Shown piece after piece: positions 1 to 9,585 of a stretch of DNA of 64,000 nt. The DNA lies in NCBI GenBank assembly GCA_003150485.1, contig QALX01000007.1:66020-130019 (forward strand), written 5' to 3'. Position 1 is the first letter of the stretch; every line of letters starts with the position of its first letter. The stretch is from Clostridiales bacterium (GTDB lineage: Bacteria > Bacillota > Clostridia > Oscillospirales > Oscillospiraceae). Made by a program: the position numbers and the translations under genes. Below the pieces are notes generated by a model, which worked only from the letters and a program-made list of their open reading frames with translations, was not told where the DNA came from and did no database searches.

Positions 1-1407
1 AAGGTGCTGCGGGTGGCCTCCGCCGACGATCTGGGCCAGCATATCGTGGTCCAGGGCGGTACCTTCCACAACGACGCGGTGCTCCGTGCCTTTGAGCAGG
101 AGCTGCACCGGGACGTGATCCGGCCCACCATCGCCGGGATCATGGGCGCCTTTGGCGCGGCCCTGGCGGCCAAAGCCCTCCGCCTGGAGCGCAGTTCCCT
201 GCTCTCCGCCGAGGAGCTGAACACCTTCCAGCACAGCGCCCGGCCCCTGACCTGCAACGGCTGCACCAACCATTGCAGCCTCACCGTCAACACCTTTGAC
301 GGCGGCCGCCGGTTTATCTCGGGCAACCGCTGCTCCAAGCCTCTGGGCGGGAAGAAGCACCCCCTGCCCGACCTGATCAAGTACAAGTACGACAAGCTCC
401 GGGCCATGGAGGGCAGGGGGAACGGCACCGGCATCCGGGGCCGCATCGGCATCCCCTTCGGGCTGAACACCTACGAAAACCTGCCCTTCTGGTACGAGTT
501 TTTCACCCGGCTGAACTTTGAGGTGGTGCTCTCCCCCGAGTCCAGCCGCCAGCTGTACATCAAGGGCCAGCGGACCATCCCCTCGGACACGGTCTGCTAC
601 CCGGCAAAGCTGCTCCACGGCCACGTGCTCAGCCTGCTGGAGCAGAAGGTGGACGCCATCTTCTACCCCTGCATGAGCTACAACTTTGACGAGGGGGTCA
701 GCGACAACTGCTACAACTGTCCGGTGGTGGCCTACTACCCGGACCTGATCGCCGCCAACCTGCCCCAGCTCAAGGGGATGCGCTACCTCCACCCCTACTT
801 CGGCCTGCACCGGCCCCATGACTTCGAGAAGCGGGCCGCCGCCTACTTCCAGGCGGAGTTCGACGTGCCCCGCCGGGAGACCGTCGCCGCGGCCAAGGCC
901 GCCTATCGGGCCTACGACGCCTACAAGGAGGACCTGCGCCGCACGGCGGACGAGTACATCGCCTACGCCCGGGAGCGAGATCTGCCCATCATGGTGGTGG
1001 CGGGACGCCCCTACCACATGGACCCGGAGGTCAACCACGGCATCAACGAGCTGATTTCCGGCTTCGGCTTCGTACTCATCACCGAGGACAGCGTGGCCTA
1101 CCACATGGATAAACAGCCCAGAACGGTCCTGAACCAGTGGACCTACCACGCCAGAATGTACAACGCCGCCCGCTACGTCTGCACCCAGGAGGATATGGAG
1201 CTGATCCAGCTGGTCAGCTTCGGCTGCGGCGTGGACGCCATCACCGGCGACGAGATGCGCTCCATCCTGGAGGAGGGCGGCAAGCTGTACACCCAGCTGA
1301 AGATCGACGACATCAGCAACCTGGGGGCAGTAAAAATCCGGGTGCGCAGCCTGATGGCCGCCATTGAGGCCCGGAAAGCCCGCAGAGAACTTCAACCCAC
1401 TCCGTGA
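1..1407 (+). CDS. C-terminal part of a 2-hydroxyacyl-CoA dehydratase activator-type (CoA-substrate-specific enzyme activase, DUF2229-containing) protein; 5' end lies outside the window
   Basis: VVQGGTFHND, GAFGAAL, CNGCTNHC, SDTVCYPAK and SFGCGVD motifs; frame is open from base 1. Confidence 0.8.
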   Translation, partial: KVLRVASADDLGQHIVVQGGTFHNDAVLRAFEQELHRDVIRPTIAGIMGAFGAALAAKALRLERSSLLSAEELNTFQHSARPLTCNGCTNHCSLTVNTFDGGRRFISGNRCSKPLGGKKHPLPDLIKYKYDKLRAMEGRGNGTGIRGRIGIPFGLNTYENLPFWYEFFTRLNFEVVLSPESSRQLYIKGQRTIPSDTVCYPAKLLHGHVLSLLEQKVDAIFYPCMSYNFDEGVSDNCYNCPVVAYYPDLIAANLPQLKGMRYLHPYFGLHRPHDFEKRAAAYFQAEFDVPRRETVAAAKAAYRAYDAYKEDLRRTADEYIAYARERDLPIMVVAGRPYHMDPEVNHGINELISGFGFVLITEDSVAYHMDKQPRTVLNQWTYHARMYNAARYVCTQEDMELIQLVSFGCGVDAITGDEMRSILEEGGKLYTQLKIDDISNLGAVKIRVRSLMAAIEARKARRELQPTP

Positions 1408-1437
1408 CAATCGGATTCCTGGAAAGGAATGAAACCT

Positions 1438-2724
<1,287 letters not shown>

Positions 2725-2725
2725 C

Positions 2726-2760
2726 GCAAAAACGGACCGCTGAAGCGGTCCGTTTTCTGC
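2726..2760. terminator. Bidirectional intrinsic terminator
   Basis: AAAACGGACCGC/GCGGTCCGTTTT inverted repeat between convergent genes. Confidence 0.8.
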
Positions 2761-2761
2761 G

Positions 2762-3298
2762 TCAGAGAGAGGCCCCCAAGTCATACGCCTCCTGCAGGGC
2801 GGGGCTGCCCTGTATGTCCCCCCTCTCCCGGACGCCCCGCACCAGGACACGGCCCGCATCCTCCAGGCCGAAGTAGTCCAGCACCAGCTGGTACTGCCGC
2901 AAAATGGCGTCAAACACCGCCGGGAGGGTGGCCCCCGCCACCAGGAGCAGAGCCAGCTTTTTCACCTGGAACCGGTTGCGCATGGGGGTGTGCAGCCGGT
3001 CGATGACCGCCTTCAGCTGGGCGCTGACGCCGTAAAAGTACACCGGCGAGGCAATCACCACCACATCCGCCGCCGCCAGCTTGGGGTACAGCTGCTGCAT
3101 ATCGTCCTGCTGGACGCAGCGGTTTCCCTCCCGGGCGGCACAGGCGTTGCAGCCGGTGCAGGGATGCACCAGGTAATCCGCCACCGAGCACAGCTCCACC
3201 TGGTGCCGGCCCCGGGCCCCGGCGGCAAAGGCCCCCGCCAGGGCCTGGGTGTTGCCGTCCCGGCGGGGACTGCCCACTAAAATCACAATCTTGCTCAT
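2762..3298 (-). CDS. Flavodoxin-family / iron-sulfur flavoprotein-like NADPH-dependent FMN reductase
   Basis: GSPRRDGNT, CTGCNAC...C, ASPVYF and QLKAVIDR motifs; TGGAGG RBS. Confidence 0.85.
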   Translation of the reverse strand: MSKIVILVGSPRRDGNTQALAGAFAAGARGRHQVELCSVADYLVHPCTGCNACAAREGNRCVQQDDMQQLYPKLAAADVVVIASPVYFYGVSAQLKAVIDRLHTPMRNRFQVKKLALLLVAGATLPAVFDAILRQYQLVLDYFGLEDAGRVLVRGVRERGDIQGSPALQEAYDLGASL

Positions 3299-3389
3299 CA
3301 CGTGCCTCCATTCATCACAGAACGAAAAAAATTTCCTTTCTATTTTAGGATAACGGCGGAAAACTGCCCCGTCAACCCCATCTGCCGCC

Positions 3390-3419
3390 GCATAACTTAT
3401 CCAGCTCCCGTCCATACTA
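3390..3419 (+). promoter_or_regulatory. Putative sigma-G (forespore) promoter
   Basis: GCATA-N18-CATACTA matches the sigma-G consensus. Confidence 0.55.
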
Positions 3420-3453
3420 CGGGTAAACCAATTTGCAAATGGGAGGACCGATC

Positions 3454-3690
3454 ATGAATCGTGAACGTTTAGGGGACAACGCCATCAAGATCAACACCCG
3501 TGACCGGCTGCTGCGGGCCTGGGAGAACTCGATGGAAATGGTTCTGGACTTCCAGGACTACTATCAGGAGATCAAGGACAACGATAAAGTGGCCAAGGTA
3601 TTTGAGGAGTTTGCCAACGACGAGGCCATGCACGCCAGACGGCTTCGGGAACTGCTCCACGAGTGCCAGAACAACTATCTCAAGCAGTAA
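3454..3690 (+). CDS. Small ferritin/rubrerythrin-like half-domain protein
   Basis: 78 aa, predicted helical, E..(WENSME) and DEAMH (ExxH) ligand pattern; GGAGG RBS; terminator at about 3711-3745. Confidence 0.7.
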   Translation: MNRERLGDNAIKINTRDRLLRAWENSMEMVLDFQDYYQEIKDNDKVAKVFEEFANDEAMHARRLRELLHECQNNYLKQ

Positions 3691-3840
3691 TCCAGTAAAA
3701 CAATTCAAAGCGGCGGCCGGAAGAACGTTTCGGCCACCGCTTTTTAGCACTTTCGTACTTGCCACCCGGCCCAGTTACGGCTACAATAAAAGATGAAATG
3801 CAATCGGTTGACAAAACCGTCAGAGATGAGGAAGATACAT

Positions 3841-5055
3841 ATGGATAAAATCAAGATGACAACGCCGCTGGTGGAGATGGACGGGGACGAGATGACCCGC
3901 ATCCTCTGGAAAGAAATCAAGGAGGAACTGCTACTCCCCTACGTGGACCTGGTCACAGAATACTACGACCTGGGCCTGCCCCGGCGGGATGAGACCGGAG
4001 ATCAGATCACCATCGACGCCGCCAACGCCACCAAGAAATACGGCGTGGCCGTGAAGTGCGCCACCATCACTCCCAACGCCCAGCGGATGGAGGAATACCA
4101 TCTGAGAGAGATGTGGAAGAGCCCCAACGGCACCATCCGCTCCATTCTGGACGGCACCGTATTCCGTACCCCCATCATGGTCCGGGGTATCTCCCCGGTG
4201 GTGAAGAACTGGAAGGAGCCCATCACCATCGCCCGCCACGCCTTCGGCGACGTGTACAAGGCCACCGACTACCGGGTCCCCTGCCCCGGCAAGGCGGAGC
4301 TGGTCTTCCAGGGGGAGGATGGTACCACCTTCCGCCAGACCGTCTACGACTTCGAGTGCCCCGGCGTCCTCCAGGGCCAATTCAACAAGGACACTTCCAT
4401 CTGCTCCTTCGCCCGCTCCTGCTTCCAGTACGCCATCGACACCCGGCAGGACCTGTGGTTCTCCACCAAAGACACCATCTCCAAGCAGTACGATCATCGG
4501 TTCAAGGACATCTTTGCCGAGATTTTTGCCGCGGAATACCAGAACCAGTTTGACGCTCTTGGTATCGAATACTTCTACACCCTCATCGATGACGCCGTTG
4601 CCCGGGTGATCCGCAGCAAGGGCGGCTTCATCTGGGCCTGTAAGAACTATGACGGCGACGTGATGAGCGACATGGTCTCCACCGCCTTCGGCTCCCTGGC
4701 CATGATGACCTCGGTGCTGGTGAGCCCCGACGGCAACTACGAGTACGAGGCCGCCCACGGCACCGTCACCCGCCACTACTACAAGTATCTGAAGGGCGAG
4801 GAAACCTCCACCAACCCGGTGGCCACCATCTTTGCCTGGTCCGGCGCCCTGCGCAAGCGGGGAGAGCTGGACGGCATCGACGCCCTGTGCGCCTTTGCCG
4901 ACGCCCTGGAGGAGGCTACCATCGAAACCATCGAGTCCGGCGTGATGACCGGGGACCTGGCCCTGCTGTGGGAGGGCGCGGAGCCCGCCCGGAAGGTGTC
5001 CAGCACCGCGTTTCTCCAGGCCATCCGCGCCAATCTGGACCGGAAGCATCACTGA
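3841..5055 (+). CDS. icd: NADP-dependent isocitrate dehydrogenase
   Basis: EMDGDEMTR, KCATITP, SPNGTIR, KNYDGD and EAAHGTVTRHY motifs. Confidence 0.95.
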   Translation: MDKIKMTTPLVEMDGDEMTRILWKEIKEELLLPYVDLVTEYYDLGLPRRDETGDQITIDAANATKKYGVAVKCATITPNAQRMEEYHLREMWKSPNGTIRSILDGTVFRTPIMVRGISPVVKNWKEPITIARHAFGDVYKATDYRVPCPGKAELVFQGEDGTTFRQTVYDFECPGVLQGQFNKDTSICSFARSCFQYAIDTRQDLWFSTKDTISKQYDHRFKDIFAEIFAAEYQNQFDALGIEYFYTLIDDAVARVIRSKGGFIWACKNYDGDVMSDMVSTAFGSLAMMTSVLVSPDGNYEYEAAHGTVTRHYYKYLKGEETSTNPVATIFAWSGALRKRGELDGIDALCAFADALEEATIETIESGVMTGDLALLWEGAEPARKVSSTAFLQAIRANLDRKHH

Positions 5056-5085
5056 CTCATTATCAATATTCAGGAGGAAACTGCT

Positions 5086-6048
5086 ATGAAAATTGTGGTA
5101 TTGGACGGCTACGCAGGCAATCCCGGCGACCTGAGCTGGGAGCCCATGAAACAGCTGGGAGAGCTGACGGTCTATGACCGGACTCCGGCGGCCCCCGCCC
5201 TGATCATCGAGCGCATCGGGGACGCCGAGCTGGTGTTCACCAACAAAACCCCTCTGTCCCGCAAAATCTTTGACGCCTGCCCCGGCCTGAAATTTGTCGG
5301 GGTCCTGGCCACCGGCTACAACATCATCGACATCGCCGCCGCCAAAGAGCATGGCGTGGTGGTGTGCAACATCCCGGGGTACAGCACTGACGCCGTGGCC
5401 CAGATGACCCTGGCCCTGCTGCTGGAGATCTGCCACCACGTGGCCCACCACAGTGCCCAGGTTCAGTCCGGCCACTGGTGCGGCTGCGATGACTTCTGCT
5501 TCTGGGACTACCCCCTCATCGAGCTGGCCGGCAAGACCATGGGCATCATCGGTTTCGGCAGCATCGGCAAAAAGGTGGGGGCACTGGCCAAGTGCCTGGG
5601 CATGAGGGTGCTGGCCGCCGGCTCCCGTCCCACCGAGGAGGGCCGGGCCATCGGTGAGTACGTGGACCTGGATACCCTGTTCCGGGAGTCCGATGTCATC
5701 AGCCTCCACTGCCCCCTGTTCCCGGAGAACCGGGAACTGATCTGCAAGGAGTCCATCGCCAAGATGAAGGACGGCGTGATCCTCCTCAACACCGCCCGGG
5801 GCGCTCTGATCGTGGAGCAGGATGTGGCGGACGCCCTGAACAGCGGCAAAATTTACGCCGCCGGTCTGGACGTGGCTGCCGTGGAGCCCCTCCCTGCCAG
5901 CAGCCCCCTGCTGGGCGCCAAAAATTGCCTGATGACCCCCCACATCGCCTGGGCCACCAAGGAGGCCCGCCAGCGCCTGATGGACATCGCCGTCCACAAC
6001 CTGGGGGCCTTCCTGGCCGGCAAACCGGAAAACGTGGTCAATCCGTAA
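5086..6048 (+). CDS. D-2-hydroxyacid dehydrogenase (glycerate dehydrogenase-like)
   Basis: GIIGFGSIG, SLHCPL, NTARG and TPHIAW motifs. Confidence 0.9.
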   Translation: MKIVVLDGYAGNPGDLSWEPMKQLGELTVYDRTPAAPALIIERIGDAELVFTNKTPLSRKIFDACPGLKFVGVLATGYNIIDIAAAKEHGVVVCNIPGYSTDAVAQMTLALLLEICHHVAHHSAQVQSGHWCGCDDFCFWDYPLIELAGKTMGIIGFGSIGKKVGALAKCLGMRVLAAGSRPTEEGRAIGEYVDLDTLFRESDVISLHCPLFPENRELICKESIAKMKDGVILLNTARGALIVEQDVADALNSGKIYAAGLDVAAVEPLPASSPLLGAKNCLMTPHIAWATKEARQRLMDIAVHNLGAFLAGKPENVVNP

Positions 6049-6097
6049 ACTACATCTGTATTTCACCGCCTGGGTCTGCCCCAGGCGGTTTTTTACT

Positions 6098-6164
6098 GGT
6101 ACCGGCAAAAAACCGCTTGACAAATCCAGCAGGTACCGTTACAATATAATCAAACGGTACCGTT
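6098..6164 (+). promoter_or_regulatory. Sigma-A promoter overlapped by three GGTACC palindromes (putative MarR operator)
   Basis: TTGACA 6117-6122, 17-bp spacer, TACAAT 6140-6145; GGTACC at 6098, at 6132, and within AACGGTACCGTT at 6153-6164. Confidence 0.65.
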
Positions 6165-6200
6165 AGAAAACAGTCGCCTGAACCATTGGGAGGAATCCAT

Positions 6201-6791
6201 ATGAGCAATCAGACAAGGGAACTATGGGAAAAACTGTCCCAGCTCCAATTCCTGCTCCACAAACGGCAGTTTTGCCGCCAGACCGACCCCACCGCAGACG
6301 TCACCCGGGGCCAGGGCCGCATCTTGGCCTTCCTGAAACTGCGGGACGGCATCCGCACCCGGGATCTGGCCTACCTGCTGGACATCCGCATCTCCTCTTT
6401 GAATGAGCTGCTGGCCAAGCTGGAGAAAAACGGCTATATCACCCGGGAGCCGTCTCAGGAAGACCGACGGGTGATGCTGGTCCACCTGACCGAAAAGGGC
6501 CGGACGGAGGAACAGCCGGAATCCGCCTCGGATACCCTGTTTTCCTGCCTCTCCCCGGAGGATCAGTCGTCCTTCGGCAGTTATCTGGACCGAATCATTG
6601 CCGCCCTGGAGGCAGAGCTGGGCGCGGCCAGCCCAACCTACCGCGAGAATTGCCGACGGCGGAACGAAGCCTTTGAGCGCTGCTTCAACGGCCAGAGCCC
6701 CATGGGTGGCGGCCGTGGGCAGCACGGCAGATGTTTCCGGGACGGAGCCGGCCGGGGCCGCCACAGACACAACGAAGGGCCCTGCCGGTAA
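6201..6791 (+). CDS. MarR family transcriptional regulator with a Gly/Arg/His-rich C-terminal tail
   Basis: GQGRILA..L...LA..L.I..SSL.ELL.KLEKNGYITR....EDRR...V.LTEKG winged-helix signature. Confidence 0.9.
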   Translation: MSNQTRELWEKLSQLQFLLHKRQFCRQTDPTADVTRGQGRILAFLKLRDGIRTRDLAYLLDIRISSLNELLAKLEKNGYITREPSQEDRRVMLVHLTEKGRTEEQPESASDTLFSCLSPEDQSSFGSYLDRIIAALEAELGAASPTYRENCRRRNEAFERCFNGQSPMGGGRGQHGRCFRDGAGRGRHRHNEGPCR

Positions 6792-7027
6792 AGCGCCGAT
6801 GTGCCACATGTCCGGTGTAACCGCCTGTCTCTCCCTGCTGCTGGGGGTGGGCGCTATGGCCCTTGTGATGGGAGTCCTGTCCGCCCTCTCCGCCGCCCTC
6901 CGTTGGTTCCGCCGAACCGTCAACCTGCTGCGGACTGCCCGATAACCGACCTTTTTGTCTCCTTTCCCCTGCCCTGCTTGATTTCATTCGAAGGATATGC
7001 TATACTTTATTTACAGCTGAATACCGA

Positions 7028-7143
7028 GATGTCTTCAGGGCAGGGTGCAATTCCCGATTGGCGGTGACAGTCCGCGAGCGCGACCGCGCAGGATCCCGGT
7101 GGAATTCCGGAACCAACAGTTATAGTCTGGATGGAAGAAGACG
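7028..7143 (+). ncRNA. FMN riboswitch (RFN element)
   Basis: CTTCAGGGCAGGGTGCAATTCCCGA..GGCGGT..AGTCCGCGAG..CCGG..ACAGT.ATAGTCTGGATGGAAGAAG; terminator hairpin at 7204-7244; lies upstream of an ECF S-component. Confidence 0.92.
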
Positions 7144-7262
7144 TGTTAATGTTGTGTAAAAGGTGTCTTTGTCATGGCCTTTTTCTCACGCCCCAAAGCA
7201 ATTAACACCTGAAAGACAAATCCGTTTTTCAGGTGTTATTTTTTCCAAAGGAGCGAATTGCA

Positions 7263-7940
7263 ATGAGTACCAAAACCACAAATACAAAGAAATTGGTCAT
7301 GCTGGCCATGCTGGCCGCCATCGCCTATGCCTTCACCTTTGTCTCTCACTTCCTCATCCCCCCCATCCAGGGCTTCCTGAGCTACGATCCCAAGGACATC
7401 GTCATCGCCGTGGGCGGCTTCATCTTCGGGCCCCTGTCCTCCTTCCTGATCGCCGCCGTGGTTGCCCTCATCGAGATGGTCACCATCAGCGCCACCGGCC
7501 CCATCGGCTGCATTATGAACATCCTGTCCTCCTGCTGCTTCGCCTGCACCGCCTCCTTCATCTACAAGAAGCGTCACACCCTCAAGGGCGCTACCGCCGG
7601 TCTGGTGGTGGGCGCTCTGGCCACCACCGCGTTCATGCTGCTGTGGAACTACCTGATCACCCCCATCTACATGGGAATGCCCAGAGCCGCCGTGGCCGAC
7701 CTGTTGGTGCCAGTATTCCTGCCCTTCAACCTGAGCAAGTACGCCCTGAACGCCGCCATCACCATGCTCATCTACAAGCCGGTGGTCACTGCCCTGCGCA
7801 AGGCCCATCTGATCGCCCCCTCCTCCAGTACCGCCGCCGCCCCCGCCGGCAAGAGCCGCCACATCGGCACCGTGCTGGTCTCCCTGCTCATCCTGGTCAC
7901 CTGCGTTCTAGTGTTCCTGGCTATGGAGGGCGTATTTTAA
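7263..7940 (+). CDS. ribU: ECF transporter S component, riboflavin-specific (RibU-like)
   Basis: Hydrophobic; FLSYDPKDI, FIFGP, NYLITPIY and PFNL.K motifs; follows the FMN riboswitch. Confidence 0.8.
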   Translation: MSTKTTNTKKLVMLAMLAAIAYAFTFVSHFLIPPIQGFLSYDPKDIVIAVGGFIFGPLSSFLIAAVVALIEMVTISATGPIGCIMNILSSCCFACTASFIYKKRHTLKGATAGLVVGALATTAFMLLWNYLITPIYMGMPRAAVADLLVPVFLPFNLSKYALNAAITMLIYKPVVTALRKAHLIAPSSSTAAAPAGKSRHIGTVLVSLLILVTCVLVFLAMEGVF

Positions 7941-8064
7941 CACAACCTCAAACAGCGAGCCGGTCTGTCAGCAGACCGGTTCGCTGTTTCTCCCCGTCCC
8001 CACGTTCACAGAAGCCCGGTCCCGTTCTTCAAACCAACGTCTCAATTCAAAAGGAGGAGTTGCT

Positions 8065-8493
8065 ATGTTCACATTCTGTTGCATTGCTGTCCTGGTTGTC
8101 GGTTTCTCGCTGGTTCTCGCCATGCTGATCAACATGGGCAAAATCCGCGCCATGCAGCACGCCGGCGTCACCGTAGCCGGTACCATCGTCCGCTTCGCCC
8201 CCCGCCGCGTTCTGGGCATCCAACTGGGCCGCCACCCTTCTATGACCGTCACGGTAAGATATACAGTGGAGGGCAGGGCCTATTCTACCTCCCTGCCCAT
8301 CACTTTGGCCGACGGTACTGCCCTGATCCCCGGGGAGACTATAGACCTGCTCTACAATCCCTCAAAGCCGGATATGGTCATCCCCGTCTTTCCGGACCGG
8401 CGGCTGCTGTATATCAAGTACGTCCACCTGGCACTGGGGATCGCCTTTGTGATCACAGGCATCGCCCTGATCGCCATATTCCGGCCCTTCTGA
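8065..8493 (+). CDS. DUF3592-like membrane protein
   Basis: N- and C-terminal TM helices around G.IV...V.Y.V.G..Y...G..I.LLYNP.KP; AAGGAGG RBS. Confidence 0.65.
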   Translation: MFTFCCIAVLVVGFSLVLAMLINMGKIRAMQHAGVTVAGTIVRFAPRRVLGIQLGRHPSMTVTVRYTVEGRAYSTSLPITLADGTALIPGETIDLLYNPSKPDMVIPVFPDRRLLYIKYVHLALGIAFVITGIALIAIFRPF

Positions 8494-8582
8494 GGCTGCG
8501 GCAACGTTGTGCCCCTGTGCCTGGCCACCCCCTCATGACTAAAATACCCTTTTGCGGGAACCATATCAATGAGGTGAAGCAG

Positions 8583-8741
8583 ATGTCCTATGTCAATCCG
8601 ACGCTTCGTTCCCGCTTTGAATCCCTGCCCATTGAGCTGAAGAACGAAATTCTCTCCCGCAACGTCCACATTGAAACACTTCGTGATCTAATTGCCGTCC
8701 TGGAGGACATCGTGCGGGAGGGGGAGGCAGACAGCCCCTAA
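8583..8741 (+). CDS. Small hypothetical protein (52 aa)
   Basis: GAGGTG RBS; amphipathic MSYVNPTLRSRFESLPIELKNEIL...; terminator at about 8763-8805. Confidence 0.65.
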   Translation: MSYVNPTLRSRFESLPIELKNEILSRNVHIETLRDLIAVLEDIVREGEADSP

Positions 8742-8869
8742 CCGGCGGGCCTTCCGCACCACAAAAAGCAGCTGGAACCCCCCCCCCGGATTTCCAGCTG
8801 CTTTTTGATTTAGCCGGGAAACTGATCCAATTCAATTTATTCTCCGAATGAAACGATAGCATCTCTCTG

Positions 8870-9070
8870 TAACAGAAACGCGGACCCGCACCATCCAGCA
8901 CCCTTACATGCTTCCGCCGTCCAGCAGCTGCTGGGCTACACCGGTGCTGAAGTGGAAGCGAATGTCCTTGCCTAGGTGTGGTGTCGGGTATGGGCCAGCT
9001 CCACAAAGCAACGTAAATGGAACAAATTCACAGTACTTTCTCCTCTCATTTCCTGTGCATATTTCAGAAA
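8870..9070 (-). pseudogene. Probable degenerate tyrosine-integrase C-terminal remnant beside tRNA-Leu
   Basis: Frame-shifted pieces DIRFH / LQH.C / AQQLL.GGSM* / GW.G resemble the IRFHDLRH.CA.LLL..G..MK..QEWLGH box. Confidence 0.35.
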
Positions 9071-9324
9071 CGACTACCTTGCTGGTCCTCATCAGGCACA
9101 CCGGTAGCACACTCCAAGGCCCCCGGCAACGCCGTTCTGGCCACCGGAGACGCCCTGAACGCCGCGCTGGCCATCTGAACCCCCTACCCCCAACCGAACG
9201 AACCTCCAAAAGCAACTTTCCCTTTTAAAACAGGAAACCGCTGCGGCACTGTGCCGCAGCGGTTTTTTCGTTGCTGGACAAAAAGGGAGAACGCTGACTT
9301 CTGAACAAAATCAGCGTTCTCCTC

Positions 9325-9411
9325 TGGTACCGGTGGCGGGGGTCGAACCCGCACGCCATCGCTGGCAATGGATTTTGAGTCCACCTCGTCTACCAATTCC
9401 AACACACCGGC
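9325..9411 (-). tRNA. tRNA-Leu (CAA)
   Basis: GCCGGTGTGTTGGAATTGGTAGAC...ACT-CAA-AA...long variable arm...GGTTCGAC...ACCA; 87 nt. Confidence 0.97.
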
Positions 9412-9585
9412 ATGATATGGGGCACATGCCACACAATGAGATTATTATACAAGATTGAAACGCAAAAGGCAATAGAAAAAAGATTTTCTCCGCAAGAGAA
9501 AATCATATAGGAATTCCCGTCCGTTTGTGTTAAAATGGAACATGTGTAATTATGACTATGCCTATCTGGCGTAGGGGAGGAACTT

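Noticed and set aside
6096..6105. CTGGTACCGG, matching the tRNA-Leu 3' end (9324-9333), as an att site
   Set aside because: Only 10 bp, explained by the GGTACC operator, and the enclosed region holds housekeeping ribU
3931..6123. Long antisense ORFs (e.g. 3931-6123, 22274-24097, 28045-29904, 43922-45769)
   Set aside because: Shadow frames of GC-rich genes on the opposite strand, with no motifs or RBS
6799..6945. 48-aa hydrophobic ORF after marR
   Set aside because: No RBS or recognisable family; it could be a real membrane peptide but I cannot support it
9060..9100. Minus-strand CTGATGAG...GAAA as a hammerhead ribozyme core
   Set aside because: Stem II is not followed directly by CGAAA, and I could not build stems I and III
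8815..9230. OLE RNA or RNase P RNA
   Set aside because: Only short recalled word matches; too short for OLE and no oapA nearby; lacks the RNase P GAGGAAAGUCC signature. An Rfam scan is needed to exclude it fully
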